Shown: positions 37,401-50,200, counted from the first letter of the stretch. The stretch is DNA of 64,000 nucleotides from Haliotis cracherodii (GCF_022045235.1 NW_027266330.1:24614001-24678000); one strand, 5' to 3'. Notes: generated by a model from the letters alone, not told the origin. Translations and numbers: made by a program.

Positions 37401-39394
37401 TACAGCGCATGCCATTATAACAATCCCTATGTTGTTGTACAGCACATGCCATTATAACAATCCCTATGTTGTTGTACTTTTATGCCATTATAACAATCCC
37501 TATGTTGTTGTACAGCACATGCCATTATAACAATCCCTATGTTGTTGTACTGTTATGCCATTATAACAATCCCTATGTTGTTGTACAGCACATGCCATTA
37601 TAACAATCCCTATGTTGTTGTACTTTTATGCCATTATAACAATCCCTATGTTGTTGTACAGCGCATGCCATTATACCAATCCCTATGTTGTTGTACAGCA
37701 AATGCCATTATAACAATCCCTATGTTGTTGTACTGCAAATGCCATTATAACAATCCCTATGTTGTTGTACTGTTATGCCATTAGAACAATCCCTATGTTG
37801 TTGTACTGCAAATGCCATTATAACAATCCCTATGTTGTTGTACTGTTATGCCATTAAAACAATCCCTATGTTGTTGTACAGCACATTTCTTTATAACAAT
37901 CCCTATGTTGTTGTACTGTTGCTGCCATTATCCTATTTATATTTGTTTCAAATGAAAATGTGTTGGTAAAAATAGTTCAATTTTGGAATAAGTCTTTTCC
38001 TAATGTTTAAAACTGATTTATGTTCCAGTCTGCCCCTGTAATATGGACATTGTAGGACAGGGTGCCAGTGCAAGACTGCTTGTATGTAAGTATCGTGGAG
38101 ATTCCATTGCCAACTGATAGTACACAGAATACTTCTGTTTCCCCTTCACAGCGGAAGGTTTGGTATATCCTAATATAAGTACATAACCATATACAAGAGT
38201 GAATAAATATACAGTGTGAAATGGCTGCCTATGTTGCCACTTAATGCTAGAGTCAGCACCATGTTACAGAGTAAAGTATACTACTAAATATAAGTTAAGA
38301 AGTGGTTAGTATTATGTAACAGTGATTGAGTGAGTTTTCATCAACACCGCTTTTAACATTATTCCAGTTATATCACGACGTGTCTGCTTAATGTGGGAAG
38401 AAAGCCCAAAGTGATGCAGGTCTCAGACGTTTACCACTTTGGTAAACCCACGAGCACGGGTATGGTGCTGACAAACCTAGAAACATAATCGGGGCGAACC
38501 GGGATTCGAACTCAACATCATAGGTTTCTGGCTTGCCAAAGGGACGCAACTCTGCAACTTTACCACCTCGGATTATGTAATAGAGTAAGGTATGCCTCTG
38601 ATGACAGAGTGTACTAGGCATGTTTGGCTGATAGAAGAAAGTATTGTACATGATATAACCATGTCTGCAATTTCAATAATGTTGAATATCTTTACATTTT
38701 AGGCCCTGTACTTCACATGGATGCTGCTCGAGCCAATAAGAAGTGTTGCCAGGTAAACTCCCATGGAGAGCTTATCAATTCACCACCCGAAACACATGAA
38801 CAGGACAGTGACAGTTTTAAGATGTATCTTGGCACCTGCAGCTCTACGCCAATGTTCGTTCCTCAACAGCCATCCACAAAACCCAACTCTGACCCTCCAA
38901 GTCCGCAATACTGGGAGACACAATCAGTGGTTGGTGTTGCGAGTGAAGAGTTGCAACTGTCAATCCTGGAGACAGGCGTGTCTGAGGATGGAAAGATGGA
39001 CAAATGGTACAGGGCTTGTAATCAGTTCCGGTCCTGGTGTGTCCGTGTATGGAGTTGCGACAGACATCAAGGGAGAATCTGTACCATTGTGTATCGGGAG
39101 GGTGAGCGAGGAAGATGCCTAACGGATACTATGCCTCATTCACCTGGAGCACAGGCAACCCTCCACTATGGCGTAGTGTTGGATGTTGAAAGGGGGAGAC
39201 TCGGTTTCATCGACCTTGACCGGGAGGTTGTGTTAGCCAAAATTGATGTAGAGATAAGAGAACCACTTTACCCGATGTTTGGCGTAGTCCCAAAGTCAAG
39301 TGAGTGCACCGTGAATATGAAACTTATCTGCGGGGAAGACATCACCATGACCGCCATGAAGAAATCTCTCATATACAAAGTGCTGACACAATGA
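28435..39394 (+). CDS. CARD (death-fold) - coiled coil - B30.2/SPRY domain protein, about 514 aa
   Basis: Phase-consistent GT-AG exons 28435-28708 (CARD-like ILQRNHKFLKENLQVDPVLDALLEDGVFT...LLEILKKKG), 29644-29741, 33203-33329, 33498-33568, 34651-34711, 34908-35014, 36745-36802, 38029-38085 and 38703-39394 (SPRY-like QYWET...SWCV...YGVVLDVERGRLGFID...PLYPMFGV); 1545 nt in total. A possible extra exon starts at 34575. Confidence 0.8.
29310..29580 (-). mobile_element. Family B SINE-like retroposon (no tRNA head)
   Basis: Reverse complement of cccgtgaagatccgggg...gtcgtaaaaggcgactaacggg...gagtgcggcgttaaacaacaaac. Other copies: 31065-31330(-), 34152-34415(+), 40450-40708(+), 43785-44035(-), 47758-48020(+), 48055-48298(+), 50600-50874(-), 51362-51630(-), 54055-54324(-), 54648-54916(-); partial at 25410-25540, 55395-55500 and 56210-56340. 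Confidence 0.88.
30348..30880. mobile_element. MITE (GAGGCAAGGG...CCCTTGCCTC) with 9-bp TSD
   Basis: About 50-bp imperfect TIRs; TSD gtagaaaac/gtagaaaat; a partial copy is at 49326-49785. Confidence 0.85.
32150..32770 (+). mobile_element. Degraded LINE ORF2 3' fragment (intronic)
   Basis: INKFRIALAQFRRCTH..FMENSRY...RFCK resembles the ALAKFR...ETGRY LINE C-terminus. Confidence 0.6.
35100..36420 (+). mobile_element. Degraded LINE ORF2 (RT to C-terminus, intronic)
   Basis: GVRQGCILSP, FAD, LLYGAEI, ARFRCCSH.LFIETGRY...CQLC..NDIEDEYHF, with many stops. Confidence 0.85.
36820..37930. repeat. Minisatellite, about 33-37 bp unit, about 30 copies (intronic)
   Basis: Unit tgccattataacaatccctatgttgttgta followed by cagcaca or ctgtta. 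Confidence 0.97.
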
Positions 39395-41654
39395 ACTGGG
39401 TATATGGATGCATCTACATTACACTCTGAATTGGATATCAGAGACAAAGAAATGAAACTGAAATGAATCAAAATGACATCAATGCTGTCGAGTTGGGACA
39501 TACATAAATCTTGCATCTCGTGACCCATTTAACGATGCAAATGTTCATCTGCAATGTTTACCTGCAATTAACAAAACTTTTAAACCTCCGTTCTTTTTTT
39601 ATTTTACCAGTTTACAATGTAGTTATACATATATCAAATATAGAACATAATGAGTATATTACATTACATTTACTGCTAACATATTGACGATGTGAAGAGA
39701 AATCCTACATCCATGGAACGTATCTCTCCTCACATCGAGTGTGTTGAAATTATTTTATATTTTATGTATGTATAAATGGACCGTTTGTATGTTCACAGTA
39801 CGATAGTTGTTAGCATAGTTATCATGTGTCAGGTGTGATCCCCGGAGGTGACTACTTTAATATCGATGAAATAGTTACAAATGCTCACCAAACAGACATG
39901 GCGTCAATGTGGATATTGTTCTTGAAACATGTTCAAATGAAGATGCGCCTAAACTATTTTGAGAATATTTTAGTTTGAATGTTTGAATGAAATACATGTA
40001 CAGACAATATTTACCACATAGGATGATATCGATCGCCTATTCAAAATGCACTGCTGTCTCAGCCCTTCAGGGCATATAATACAGGTCTGGTTATGACACC
40101 CCCTGTCATACGACCGTCTATATCTTGGCTTCATCTCAATGCAAAATGCCTCATATCATTGCTAGGTATATGATAATGCACTATATATATGGGGGCGATC
40201 GTTCAGCCATTGCGTCGTCTAGCTTCATCTATGTGGAACAGCTCAAAAAACACTTCCGTCTAAAAATAACGTCGTCCTATTTACGACGTCATCATGTTGA
40301 GACCGCAAGTTCGAATCTCCAGAAATGACCTCATGATAGAACAATGTTTTATCGTGAAATAAACCACGCTTCGTTCTTCATATTTCCTTGCGATTAATCG
40401 GGAAGCAATCTCATATTACACAATAATGTATAATCTTCGTCATAACGAGCCGCGAAGATCCGGGGTAGAATAGGTCTTCATCAACCCATGCTTGCTGTGA
40501 AAGGCAGTTATGCTTGTCGTAAAAGGCGACTGACGGGATCGGGTGGTCAGGCTCGCTGACTTGGTTGATGCATGCCCTTGAATCCCTTTTGCGTAGCTCG
40601 ATGCTCATGATATCAATCACTGTATTGTCTGGTCCAGGCTCGTTTTTTTACAGGCCGCCGCCGTATAGTTGTAATATTGCTAAGTTCGGCATTAAACAAC
40701 AAACAAACATTTGCATCACATTTTTAACAAACCAGGATCGCCCATTCAAAATACGCTGACAAGCCGTATCAGCCCTGGAGGGGATATAATACATTATCAT
40801 ATAATGGGTAGATTTCTCGGCAGGATAAAGCCAACGGATAAAAACGATATCCGTTGGGGTCATATGCGGATAGAGATGCAAATATCAAAGGTCAAGTAGG
40901 GACTACTTTTACTGTTTATAAACAAACATGGCGTCGCCCTCGTCATTCGGCGCTCGAGACAGAATTAACCATCGTGAATCTGGATAAACTACAGGGATAA
41001 TTTCTGTCATTATCAAACGAACAGTCCAATATACAGGAAAATCAGTGTCTAACTGTGACGTAGCTAAGGCATTTTATAAGTTTTGGCAACTTTCGAGATA
41101 TAAATTTCGAAACAATTTTGCGAGGGCACGAGGCCTAGCCAAGTTGGATCAGTAGCCATATCTGTGCTTAGACCTCTGTGGCTTGAAACCTTCTCCACAA
41201 ATCAAAATGGTTGGATTTGGCCGAAATATGTTTGAACTGTTACCTTGTTTCGTTTTGTCGCTGTGTGTACATCTGACTACACTTCTTAACGTTATGAAAG
41301 GACAGACCGACTGTCAACAACGTCTGACCGTGGCCGTGACGTCTCATAGACTAGAGTTAGAGTAGCTTCCCTTCGACAAAGGGCAGTTACTCTAGCGGAC
41401 AGACCGATGGATTGCCGCGAAAGGCAATTAAAAACAACTGTTGTTTCGCGTATAAGTTGCTTCGCCACTGCATAAGAAACAGATTTCAGTTGGAACTATA
41501 TTGGCTACTGCCAGTGTCCGACTGACACATCACTTACCCTATGACGTAATAATTGTTAATGCGCGCATTCCAGGAAAACTCGCAATGTTTCGGTAATTTT
41601 ATGAGAGAGGGAAAGCAGTTTAAAAGCACAGAATTAAAGAATGACATTATATGA

Positions 41655-41810
41655 TACAGAGGTTATCACGCTTGTGTGTTTGGGGATGGTAAATATCCTG
41701 TATTAGGAATAAACACTATGTATTTAGCTCGCCAAGGCTCGCTAAATACAATGTTTATTCCTAATGCAGGATATCTACCATCCCCAAACACACTCGCGTG
41801 ATAACCTCTA
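41655..41810. repeat. Near-perfect palindrome of about 155 bp (foldback MITE-like)
   Basis: Arms agaggttatcacgc.tgtgtgtttggggatggta...gtatttagc and its reverse complement around tcgccaaggctc. Confidence 0.9.
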
Positions 41811-41876
41811 TTTATCATGTATAGAAGTACCAATTAGTAAAATACATTTACATAAATATAACAGCAACAGAACAAT

Positions 41877-42365
41877 CAATCTCATTAAAATCATATCTTA
41901 GTTCTCGCTACTACTAAACAAAGACCTGAGGTCATCCCATTACGGGTCACGTCAGACCGACCTTGCGCGAACTTTGACCGACCAATGGAATGACCAATCA
42001 GAAGGCAGCTTTCTCGTGCTTTACGGCACTAATTTCAAATTGGCGACTACGCTTCGAAACATATTTTGACAAATTCTCGATTACAAATTTGAAACCTGTA
42101 CAAAAGAACATTCTGGAATGGTCAATAGCTGGTCTAGATTGTAAGGATTCAGTCGTTAAACCCGTAACTATCTTTCGGAATACCCCATGTTAAAGTTTTC
42201 GAGGTTGCATTATTAGAAATCACATTCCGACCGTCACTTTCATAATGTGGTAAGCGACGGTCTGATTGGTCGGATGAAAGGTCGTTCTGACGTGACCCCT
42301 ATTGGGATGTCTTCAGATCTTTGTGTAGCGGTAGCGAAACCTAAGGTCTGATTTTAATGAGATTG
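41877..42365. mobile_element. MITE, second copy of the 18597-19086 family in opposite orientation
   Basis: Same TIRs; perfect 9-bp TSD cagaacaat (41868-41876 and 42366-42374). Confidence 0.9.
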
Positions 42366-42782
42366 CAGAACAATATATTGATGTTCGTGACCCCAGAAAT
42401 TCACCACGGCAGACAGTCTACCTCTATGGCACGACAGGCATACGTGTTGCCCTGTGAAGGAGTGTGAAACGTCGATGAGTTTGGTCCCCAAGCATCTAAC
42501 ACCGAATGAATCTTGTTCTCTTATAGAATGTTGAGGTTATTGTTAATACACAAAGTACAAAATACTCATTCACAGACATTAAGTGTGCCTACTCAAAGTT
42601 CAAGGCAATGCTGATGAGAATAGTGTCCTGTGTCTTTAATATAGAGAATATAGAAGCATATTTATACATGACATTGTACTTTTTACTTCAAACAATAATC
42701 TAAGATTTTATCAACTGACCTTAGCAAGAACTTATATGTTTCAAATAAAATGTGATTTCATTATGTGTATTTCATGTCATCT

Positions 42783-43140
42783 GACCGCCTCCGTGGTCTA
42801 GTGGTAGAGCGTCCGCCCGGAGAGCGGAATGTCCGGGGTTCGATCCCCGGCCGCGTCATACCAAAAGACGTTAAAAGATGGTACTTGTTGTTACCCTGTC
42901 TGACGCTCGGCATTAAGGGGCTAAAACAAGGACTGATCGGCTCGGAGTCAGTATACTGTGTCTGAGTGGGGTATTCATGTTAAACTGCGGCATGGTATCT
43001 CAGTGAGCTAGCACTATAAATCGGCATCAGTCCGGACTAGCACAAGCAGCCACCCAAACATACACACGTACATGCACCTCGCTGTATAAGTGCAATAATC
43101 TTGGACTCGACGTTAAACCCCATTTCACCTCACCTCACCT
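42783..43140 (+). mobile_element. tRNA-derived Meta-type SINE (family D)
   Basis: A/B boxes, gtcataccaaaagacgttaaaagatggtac core, (cacct)n tail, TSD ttcatgtcatct; a 5'-truncated copy is at 48690-48945. Confidence 0.9.
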
Positions 43141-44372
43141 TCATGTCATCTTCCTATATGTTTCGTTGCATTTTGTACTGGAAACCACCTAGTGAGCAAT
43201 CCGCTGGTTATAGCTGATTTATCTCCCTTGCTACAGTAAACGCGACAGGACGGGCTTTTGTAATCATATATATCCTCAACGTGTGTAACAAAACGCCAAT
43301 GGAACATTAGATCGACTAAAATATATCAGAGGGTACATTCAAACTGATCATATTGTAATTGAGTATACTAAAATGATTCACGTTTTCTTAGGGTATGTTT
43401 AACAATGTAATGAGTGAATAACCTATTGAATTCCTCTGAATGATGTTTGCTACTGACTCACCGTGTTGGCAGTTCGACATTACACAGGAAAAGCACTCAT
43501 TGAACAAGGAAGTAAACATATTTATCCAACGATTGTCGAATACTGCACAGACGGTCAGGGCTCGTCAGTTGAAGGTAGGTAGTTTGTGATTATGACAAGC
43601 GACTTATGTCTGATATAAGCAGAATCATTATATTGTTTGTTTGTTGTTTAACGCCGCACTCAGCAATATTCCCCTACTTTTATACAAACTTTCCAACGAA
43701 GAGAAGAGGTAAACATAAGCTCAACTTGAACTTTCAGAACAAGTGAGCAAACCCTTTCCTATACACAGTAGCTTACACACATACGTTGTTTAACGCCGCA
43801 CAAATATTACAGCTATATGACGGCGGTCTGTAAATAATCGAGTCTGGACCAGACAATACAGTGATTGATATCATGAGCATCGAGCTACGCAAAAGGGATA
43901 CAAGTGCATGCATCAACCAAGTCAGCGAACCTGACCACCCGATCCCGTTAGTCGAATCTAACGACAAGCATAGTCGCCTACAGCAAGGATGGCCTGGGTT
44001 GTTGAAGACCTACTCTAACCCGGATATACACGGGTCGCATTGATATAAAGGAAATGAGACAAACATCCTTGTCAAATCCGACGGATTGAAAGCTTTCGTA
44101 ATTTTCATTACTTTGAGTCCTGAGTTGAGTTTCAGTCCTGATTGAACGATTTCCACTGAGGATCTATGATAAGAATGAGTGAGTGAGTGAGTTTGGTGTA
44201 ACGTCTCTACGAAAGGTATCTCAGCTATAGCACTGCTTGATAAGGGAGGGAGGAAATGTAATGCAGGTCTTGGGCGTTTAAAACTTTGATACGGATGGGA
44301 TGGTGAGAAATCTAAAAGCATGGTCATGGCAAATATGGAATTCGAGCCCACGTCCATGGGTTTAAGACACGC

Positions 44373-44413
44373 ATGAGGCACAATTCGGAGAGAGAGAGAG
44401 AGTGAGAGAGAGT

Positions 44414-44476
<63 letters not shown>

Positions 44477-45452
44477 GTTGGTATGCTCCAACAGGGAGCT
44501 ACACACCGCGACGTCGCCAGAAGGTTAGGATGCGCGCGCATAACCGTCACCAGGTGAATGCAGCTGTTGCGTCAAACAGGTCGGACAGCAGACAGGCCGA
44601 GAAGCGGGAGACCGCGGGGGACCACGCCTCTTGAAGACCGCCACATCCGGGTACTTCACCTTCGGAACCGCTTCGTTACGGCGACGTTAACGGCACGGAC
44701 GGCATTGGGACACGTGATAAGTCGACAAACCGTGTACAGGAGACTGCGGGCACATGGTATCCGAACACGTCGCCCCTACCGCGGAGCGTTCCTGACACCT
44801 CAACACCGACTCAACAGACGGATATGGGCCAGGCGACTTCGACGGTGGCAACGGTGGAACTGGGCACGTGTCATGTTTTCTGACGAAAGCAGATTTTGCA
44901 TCTTCAGGAACGACGGCCGGCAGCGTGTGTACCGAAGAGGAGGTGAACGTTTGGCACCGAACTGTATCCATCAAGTCAGGCCATATGGAGGCGGAGGTTT
45001 AATGGTTTGGAGTGGAATCTGCGGTGACGTCAATACGAGACTCGTCGTTATTCGAGGAAAACTGAATGCGCAGCGTTATCGCGATGACATCTTACAACCA
45101 GTTGTTGTGCCATTCATCCAACAACAGCCTAATGGTATCATTTTCCAGCACGATAATGCGAGGCCTCACACGGCAAGGCTGACCCAGAACTTCCTAGCAA
45201 AGGCCAACATTCACATTTTACCATAGCCGGCATGTTCACCGGACACGAACCCAATCGAATACATGTGGGACATTCTCGGCCACAAAGTCAGGAATTGCCC
45301 TATGCCTCCAGTTAACCTCCAGGAATTGGAACAATGCCTCCACCATGAATGGCAACGCATCCCCCCCCAACGTCATCAGACGTCTGACGTCATCAGCCCG
45401 TAGACGTGTACTAGCGTGTATTGATGCTCACGATGGACATACCCGGTACTAA
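44373..45452 (+). pseudogene. Tc1 DD34E transposase pseudogene with (GA)n expansion
   Basis: RAVGMLQQG...DRPRSGRPR...VMFSDESRF...FQHDNARPH...*PACSPDTNPIEYMW...GHTRY*; stops at about 44555 and 45224. Confidence 0.9.
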
Positions 45453-45838
45453 CGTGACTTTGAGACGTGTGTTGTGACATTTTTCACACTTGACTCATCT
45501 ACTGTGTTCAAAGGAAATTCTCATTTTGGACCCCCCGCGTCTTTACATGTCTGTCCTCATGATTGTAATGGATTGATTACAATGAATTTTTGTACACGTA
45601 CTGTGAAAACATTACTCACAAGTCATATACCAATTTGAAATGTCTGCATCGTTTAGTTTTTTTGTAATGTCCTTTCAAACACGTGGTATCGTTTCTTTTG
45701 GACATTAGTTTAGTTTGCGGTCAAGACATGTTTATGAGGCTTTTCAATCGACTGCATCCATGATTCCGTAATCGGAAGTATTGAGAGTGAGCCGAGAGAT
45801 GATATATACCATTATGCATCAATGGTACACGATATATA

Positions 45839-46755
45839 CTGAACCGCAAAAGAAACGTCACCCCAAGTAACATTTAGAAGTAGAAAAGTTATCATTTAAA
45901 TATCTGGGTAATTTTTGTCAAAGTTTCTAAAATTTGACATTACCTTGTCCGGAAAAAATGAAATTTGATGATAAAAAAAACAAAGCAGATGACAATAAAA
46001 CTGATCGCCCAAACGCATCACGGCAAAGGCCATGGTAACCTGATACACGTGAGTTCCGCGCAAATTGAAATGCACATGCGTTCCCCCATTTCTTGCCCTA
46101 CAAGAATGCACCCAGATCGGATAACATTCGTTCGTCATTGAATTGCAACCACATGCCATGATTGACAAGAAATCAGCGACACCAAGCCCTCGGACGATTG
46201 CAAGCTGGACAAACCGCCCGGCAAGTAGCCAATGCATTTCAAGTCCACGTAAGGACCATATACAGGCTCCAGCAATGGTACTAGACCACCAACTACAGAT
46301 GACCGACCACGTAGTGTAAGACCAATGGTCACCCCCCGACTTCAGGATCGTCAGATTGTGCGACAGCATCTTCAAGATCGCTTTGTTACTGCTGCGGAAA
46401 CTGCTCGACAGAACATGGGTACACACCAGCGACACATTAGTGCGGACACCGCGCGTCAACTGTCAGGCCACACTGAGGACCCATTCTGACACCACGTCAT
46501 CGACAGGACCGTCTTCAGTGGGCAACACAGCACCAGCATTGGCGCTACCAGCAGTGGAGAAGGGTCCTCTTCTCAGACGAGAGCCGTTACTGTATCTCAA
46601 CAGTGTTGTGTTTCACTTTAAGAACACATTTCAAACTTGATGATCAGTTTTGCCGTGTTTCATTTTTTTTATTATGTCTCAAAGTATGTTTACAGTGTTT
46701 GGACAAATGAGACTCTCATATATCTATCCATGGTGACGTTTCTTTTGCGGTTCAG
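45839..46755 (+). mobile_element. Internally deleted Tc1/mariner element
   Basis: TA TSD; TIRs ctgaaccgcaaaagaaacgtcacc / ggtgacgtttcttttgcggttcag; internal MP*LTRNQRHQALGRLQAG remnant. Confidence 0.88.
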
Positions 46756-47263
46756 TATATATGAAAATAGGTTAAGCAGGGTATACAGCAGCATGGCTAC
46801 TATCTAATATGTCTAGCTCGAAACTTACTTCTGTGATATCACTCGCGACTGAGTGTTGCATAATAAATAATAGCCAAAACATACTTTCGTGGACCAAAAG
46901 AAGTGTATACCTTTTTACAATGGTAGAATAAATATAGAAATTACGACTGTAAGCTGTGCTGATGTTTTCTATCTATATTAGCAATATTAATATTTAGATA
47001 CACATATACTCTTTAGAGAAGTATAGGACCTTGAGATATAGATATAGAACAAAGATAGGTGTTGACGACATCAGTAGTGCTTGATACCTCCAAGATTTGT
47101 CAATCATGCGTATGAGTTTCCCAATGGCGATTGAAGGGAGTTTGAATATAGCTGAGTGCGGCATTAAACAACACGCAAACAAACAAACAATTCACTGGTC
47201 TGTAGGTTGTTCTTTAGTCAAGTTACGGACACGCATCTATATTTTTTCCAGGTCTTGAGAAAC

Positions 47264-50200
47264 ATGATGTCAGGGCACAGGCGCTTGGTGCCAGAGAGCT
47301 TGATAATAGAAATACTCCTACAAGTTCCAGCCAAAGATATTGTACAGAACTGCGTGCTTGTATCTCGTCAGCTGAATGATATCATCGCCAGCCCCACACT
47401 GTGGAAGAGAAAATGTAAACTGGAAGGGAAGTATATTCCTCGTTTTGTGAAGCCAGAAGATTTCAAAAAGATGTATTTCTTTAATCCCTACACAAGAAAT
47501 CTGATCAAGAATCCATGTGCACAGGGTAGGATCATTTATATGCACAGTGAATAATGCTATGCTTCTGAGCAGATTGTGAAATGTTTCATTGGCATAGGCT
47601 ATTATCATTGACATGATAAGCTGATCTTACGTGTGATGTATATTGAATTTGTCTCTGAGCAATTTGTTGAAAATGAAATGTCAAAATGTTTAATTGAAAT
47701 GCGTTTTCTTGTCCAGACATAACTGTTAACAACGCGCTCTAATTTACTCACTATGAACCCGTGAAGATCGGGGGTAGAATAGGTCTTCAGCAACCCATGC
47801 TTGCCGTAAAAGGTGACTATCCTTGTCGTAAGAGGCGACTAACGGGATCGGGTAGTCAGGCTCGCTTATTTGGTTGATGCATGTCATCGATCCCAATTGC
47901 GTGGATCGATGCTCATGGTATTAATCAGTGGATTGTCTGGTCCATATTCGATTATTTACTGACCGCCGTAATATAGCTGGAATATTGTTGAGTGCGGCGT
48001 TAAACAACAAACCAACAACAACACTCACCTATGTCACATCTGTTTCCCAAACCATGACGATCCGGGGTAGAATAGGTCTTCAGCAACCCATGCTTGTCGT
48101 AAAATACTACTCTGCTCGTTATAAAAGGCGACTAACGGGATTGGGTGGTCAGGCTCGCTGACTTGGTTGATGCATGTCATTGTATCCTAATTGCACGGAT
48201 CGATGCTCATGATATCAATCACTGTATTGTCTGGTCCAGACACGATTATTTATAGACCGCCGTCATATAGCTGTAACATCTGTGCGGCGTTAAACAACTT
48301 ATGTGTAAAAGCTACTGTGTATAGGAAATGGTTTGCTCACTTGTTCTGAAAGTTCAAGTTGAGCTTGTATTTACCTCTTCTCTTCGTTGGAAAGTTTGTA
48401 AAAATGTAGGGGAAATGGGTGGCTGTGTACACAACAAACCTGTGGTCAAGACTGACCGAGGTAATGCTGTTTTATTGCACATCAGAGAACAGAACCAGTC
48501 AACCTCCAATTCTCCCCCTTTCAAACTGCCTGGACATTTGGCCATAATGTGTTCAAGACACAAAAATCGTTCAGAAAATTAATTATTTTCTAAAGTAGAC
48601 AATTTATGGATAACAACTTAAGACAGTCTTGCTTGACAACGGTATGAGGATCTACACCGAAACGTCGCTTTTTACAGTATTAAAGAAGTTACTTGTTCGT
48701 TACCCTGTCTGGCGCTCGGCATTAAAGGGCTAAAACAAGGACTGGTCGGCTCGGAGTCAGTATACTGTGTCTGAGTGGGGTATTCATGTTAAACTGCGGC
48801 ATGGTATCTCAGTGAGCTAGCACTATAAATCGGCATCAGTCCGGACTAGTACAAACAGCCACACAAACACACACACGTACATGCACCTCGCTATATAAGT
48901 GCAATATTCTTGGACGCGACGTTAAACCCCATTTCACCTTACCTCTATGTAATGCCTATCAATGAATTTAATCAATTTTCTAACTTGAATTTTAAAAAGA
49001 AGTCGAATAACACGATCACATTTTGTTTCGTTTAAAACAGCTGAATGATTTCAAAGTCACAAGGTTATGAGTGAGTGAGTTTTCCATCGCATGTGTACAG
49101 TTTCCGTGTTTCTTTGATTGCTATAGAGGGATTACAACACTGGCAAGTGATGCGAAATGGAGGCAATAACTTCAAAGTGGAGACAGATCATCATGGATCT
49201 CAGGATGTAACTCAAACAGATATGGTTCAAGGTAAACTCTATTCTGTGAGTGAGCGATGTGGGTTTAATAAACTGTTTTTCACAGGGTGTTAAATTCATG
49301 TGTGATGAAAGTAGTGCATCTTCCAGAGGCAAGGGAGTTAACTGACTACATAACTCGAGTTTTCACCCTTGGGGAACTAGACTGGAATTAGGGGGTTATG
49401 TTTTGGCTGGACTAACGAGTCCGGTTTGCAAACTGCCGTGCAGATGTCGGTCGATTGTAGGCTTTTGCAAAACATGTCTATGGTCAACATGCCGTCAACA
49501 GGCATTTTCCAAATTTGTTCGTGTTTTTTTAATCAAGGTGCCCACGTGATGGTATGCATTTCGCAAAATAAGGCCCGTTTTATTTCTTGAATATCGATCA
49601 GATCGTCTTCTCTAGGCGCCGCCATTTTCTTTAAGGCAAATGCAAGTGATATGAGAGGTGGAATCTGATTGGTCAGTAGGAGGGACATAGACGGGACAGA
49701 GCTCGTAATAGCCACTGGTGGCGCTACGATTGAGCCCAGAAATTTCAGCCCAGATCGGCAAGGGCTTAAACTGGACATTTACAATCGGGAAGATGAAATT
49801 AGTGTTGAAACATTACTTCCAGTACCGTACATGATGTACGCTTACGAAAATCACACACAAGTTAAATCCAGATATCGAGAAAAGGAGGACAAACGTGGAT
49901 AAAATTATAACTTCTGTGGTAATAATTACAAAGCAATTATGTACCACTTTGACAATGCTATTTTTTCTGTAAAGAAAATGTAAAATACACAAAAATACAG
50001 ACTGTCACATAAATGTTGTTCTTAGTAAGTGGATCGGGGATGCTAAATACAGCTCGTATGCTAATCTGTTCTGGTCCATCACTTTTGTTTAATTCTTCAG
50101 AGTGGCCAGAGCGGAATATAAATAATTGGGCCACGTCGTATGGGGATTGTGAGAAAATGCAGAGAATTAATCTCGGTGAGGAGGGTGTGGTCGCTGAAGT

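Noticed and set aside
36820-37930. CRISPR-like array (about 30-bp repeat)
   Set aside because: The intervening sequences are 6-7 bp and recurrent rather than unique spacers, there are no cas genes, and it lies in a eukaryotic intron.
43430-43580. Promoter and non-coding first exon of the F-box gene (TGACTCA, AAG|GTAGGT)
   Set aside because: Only short motifs support it; it cannot be called without transcript data.
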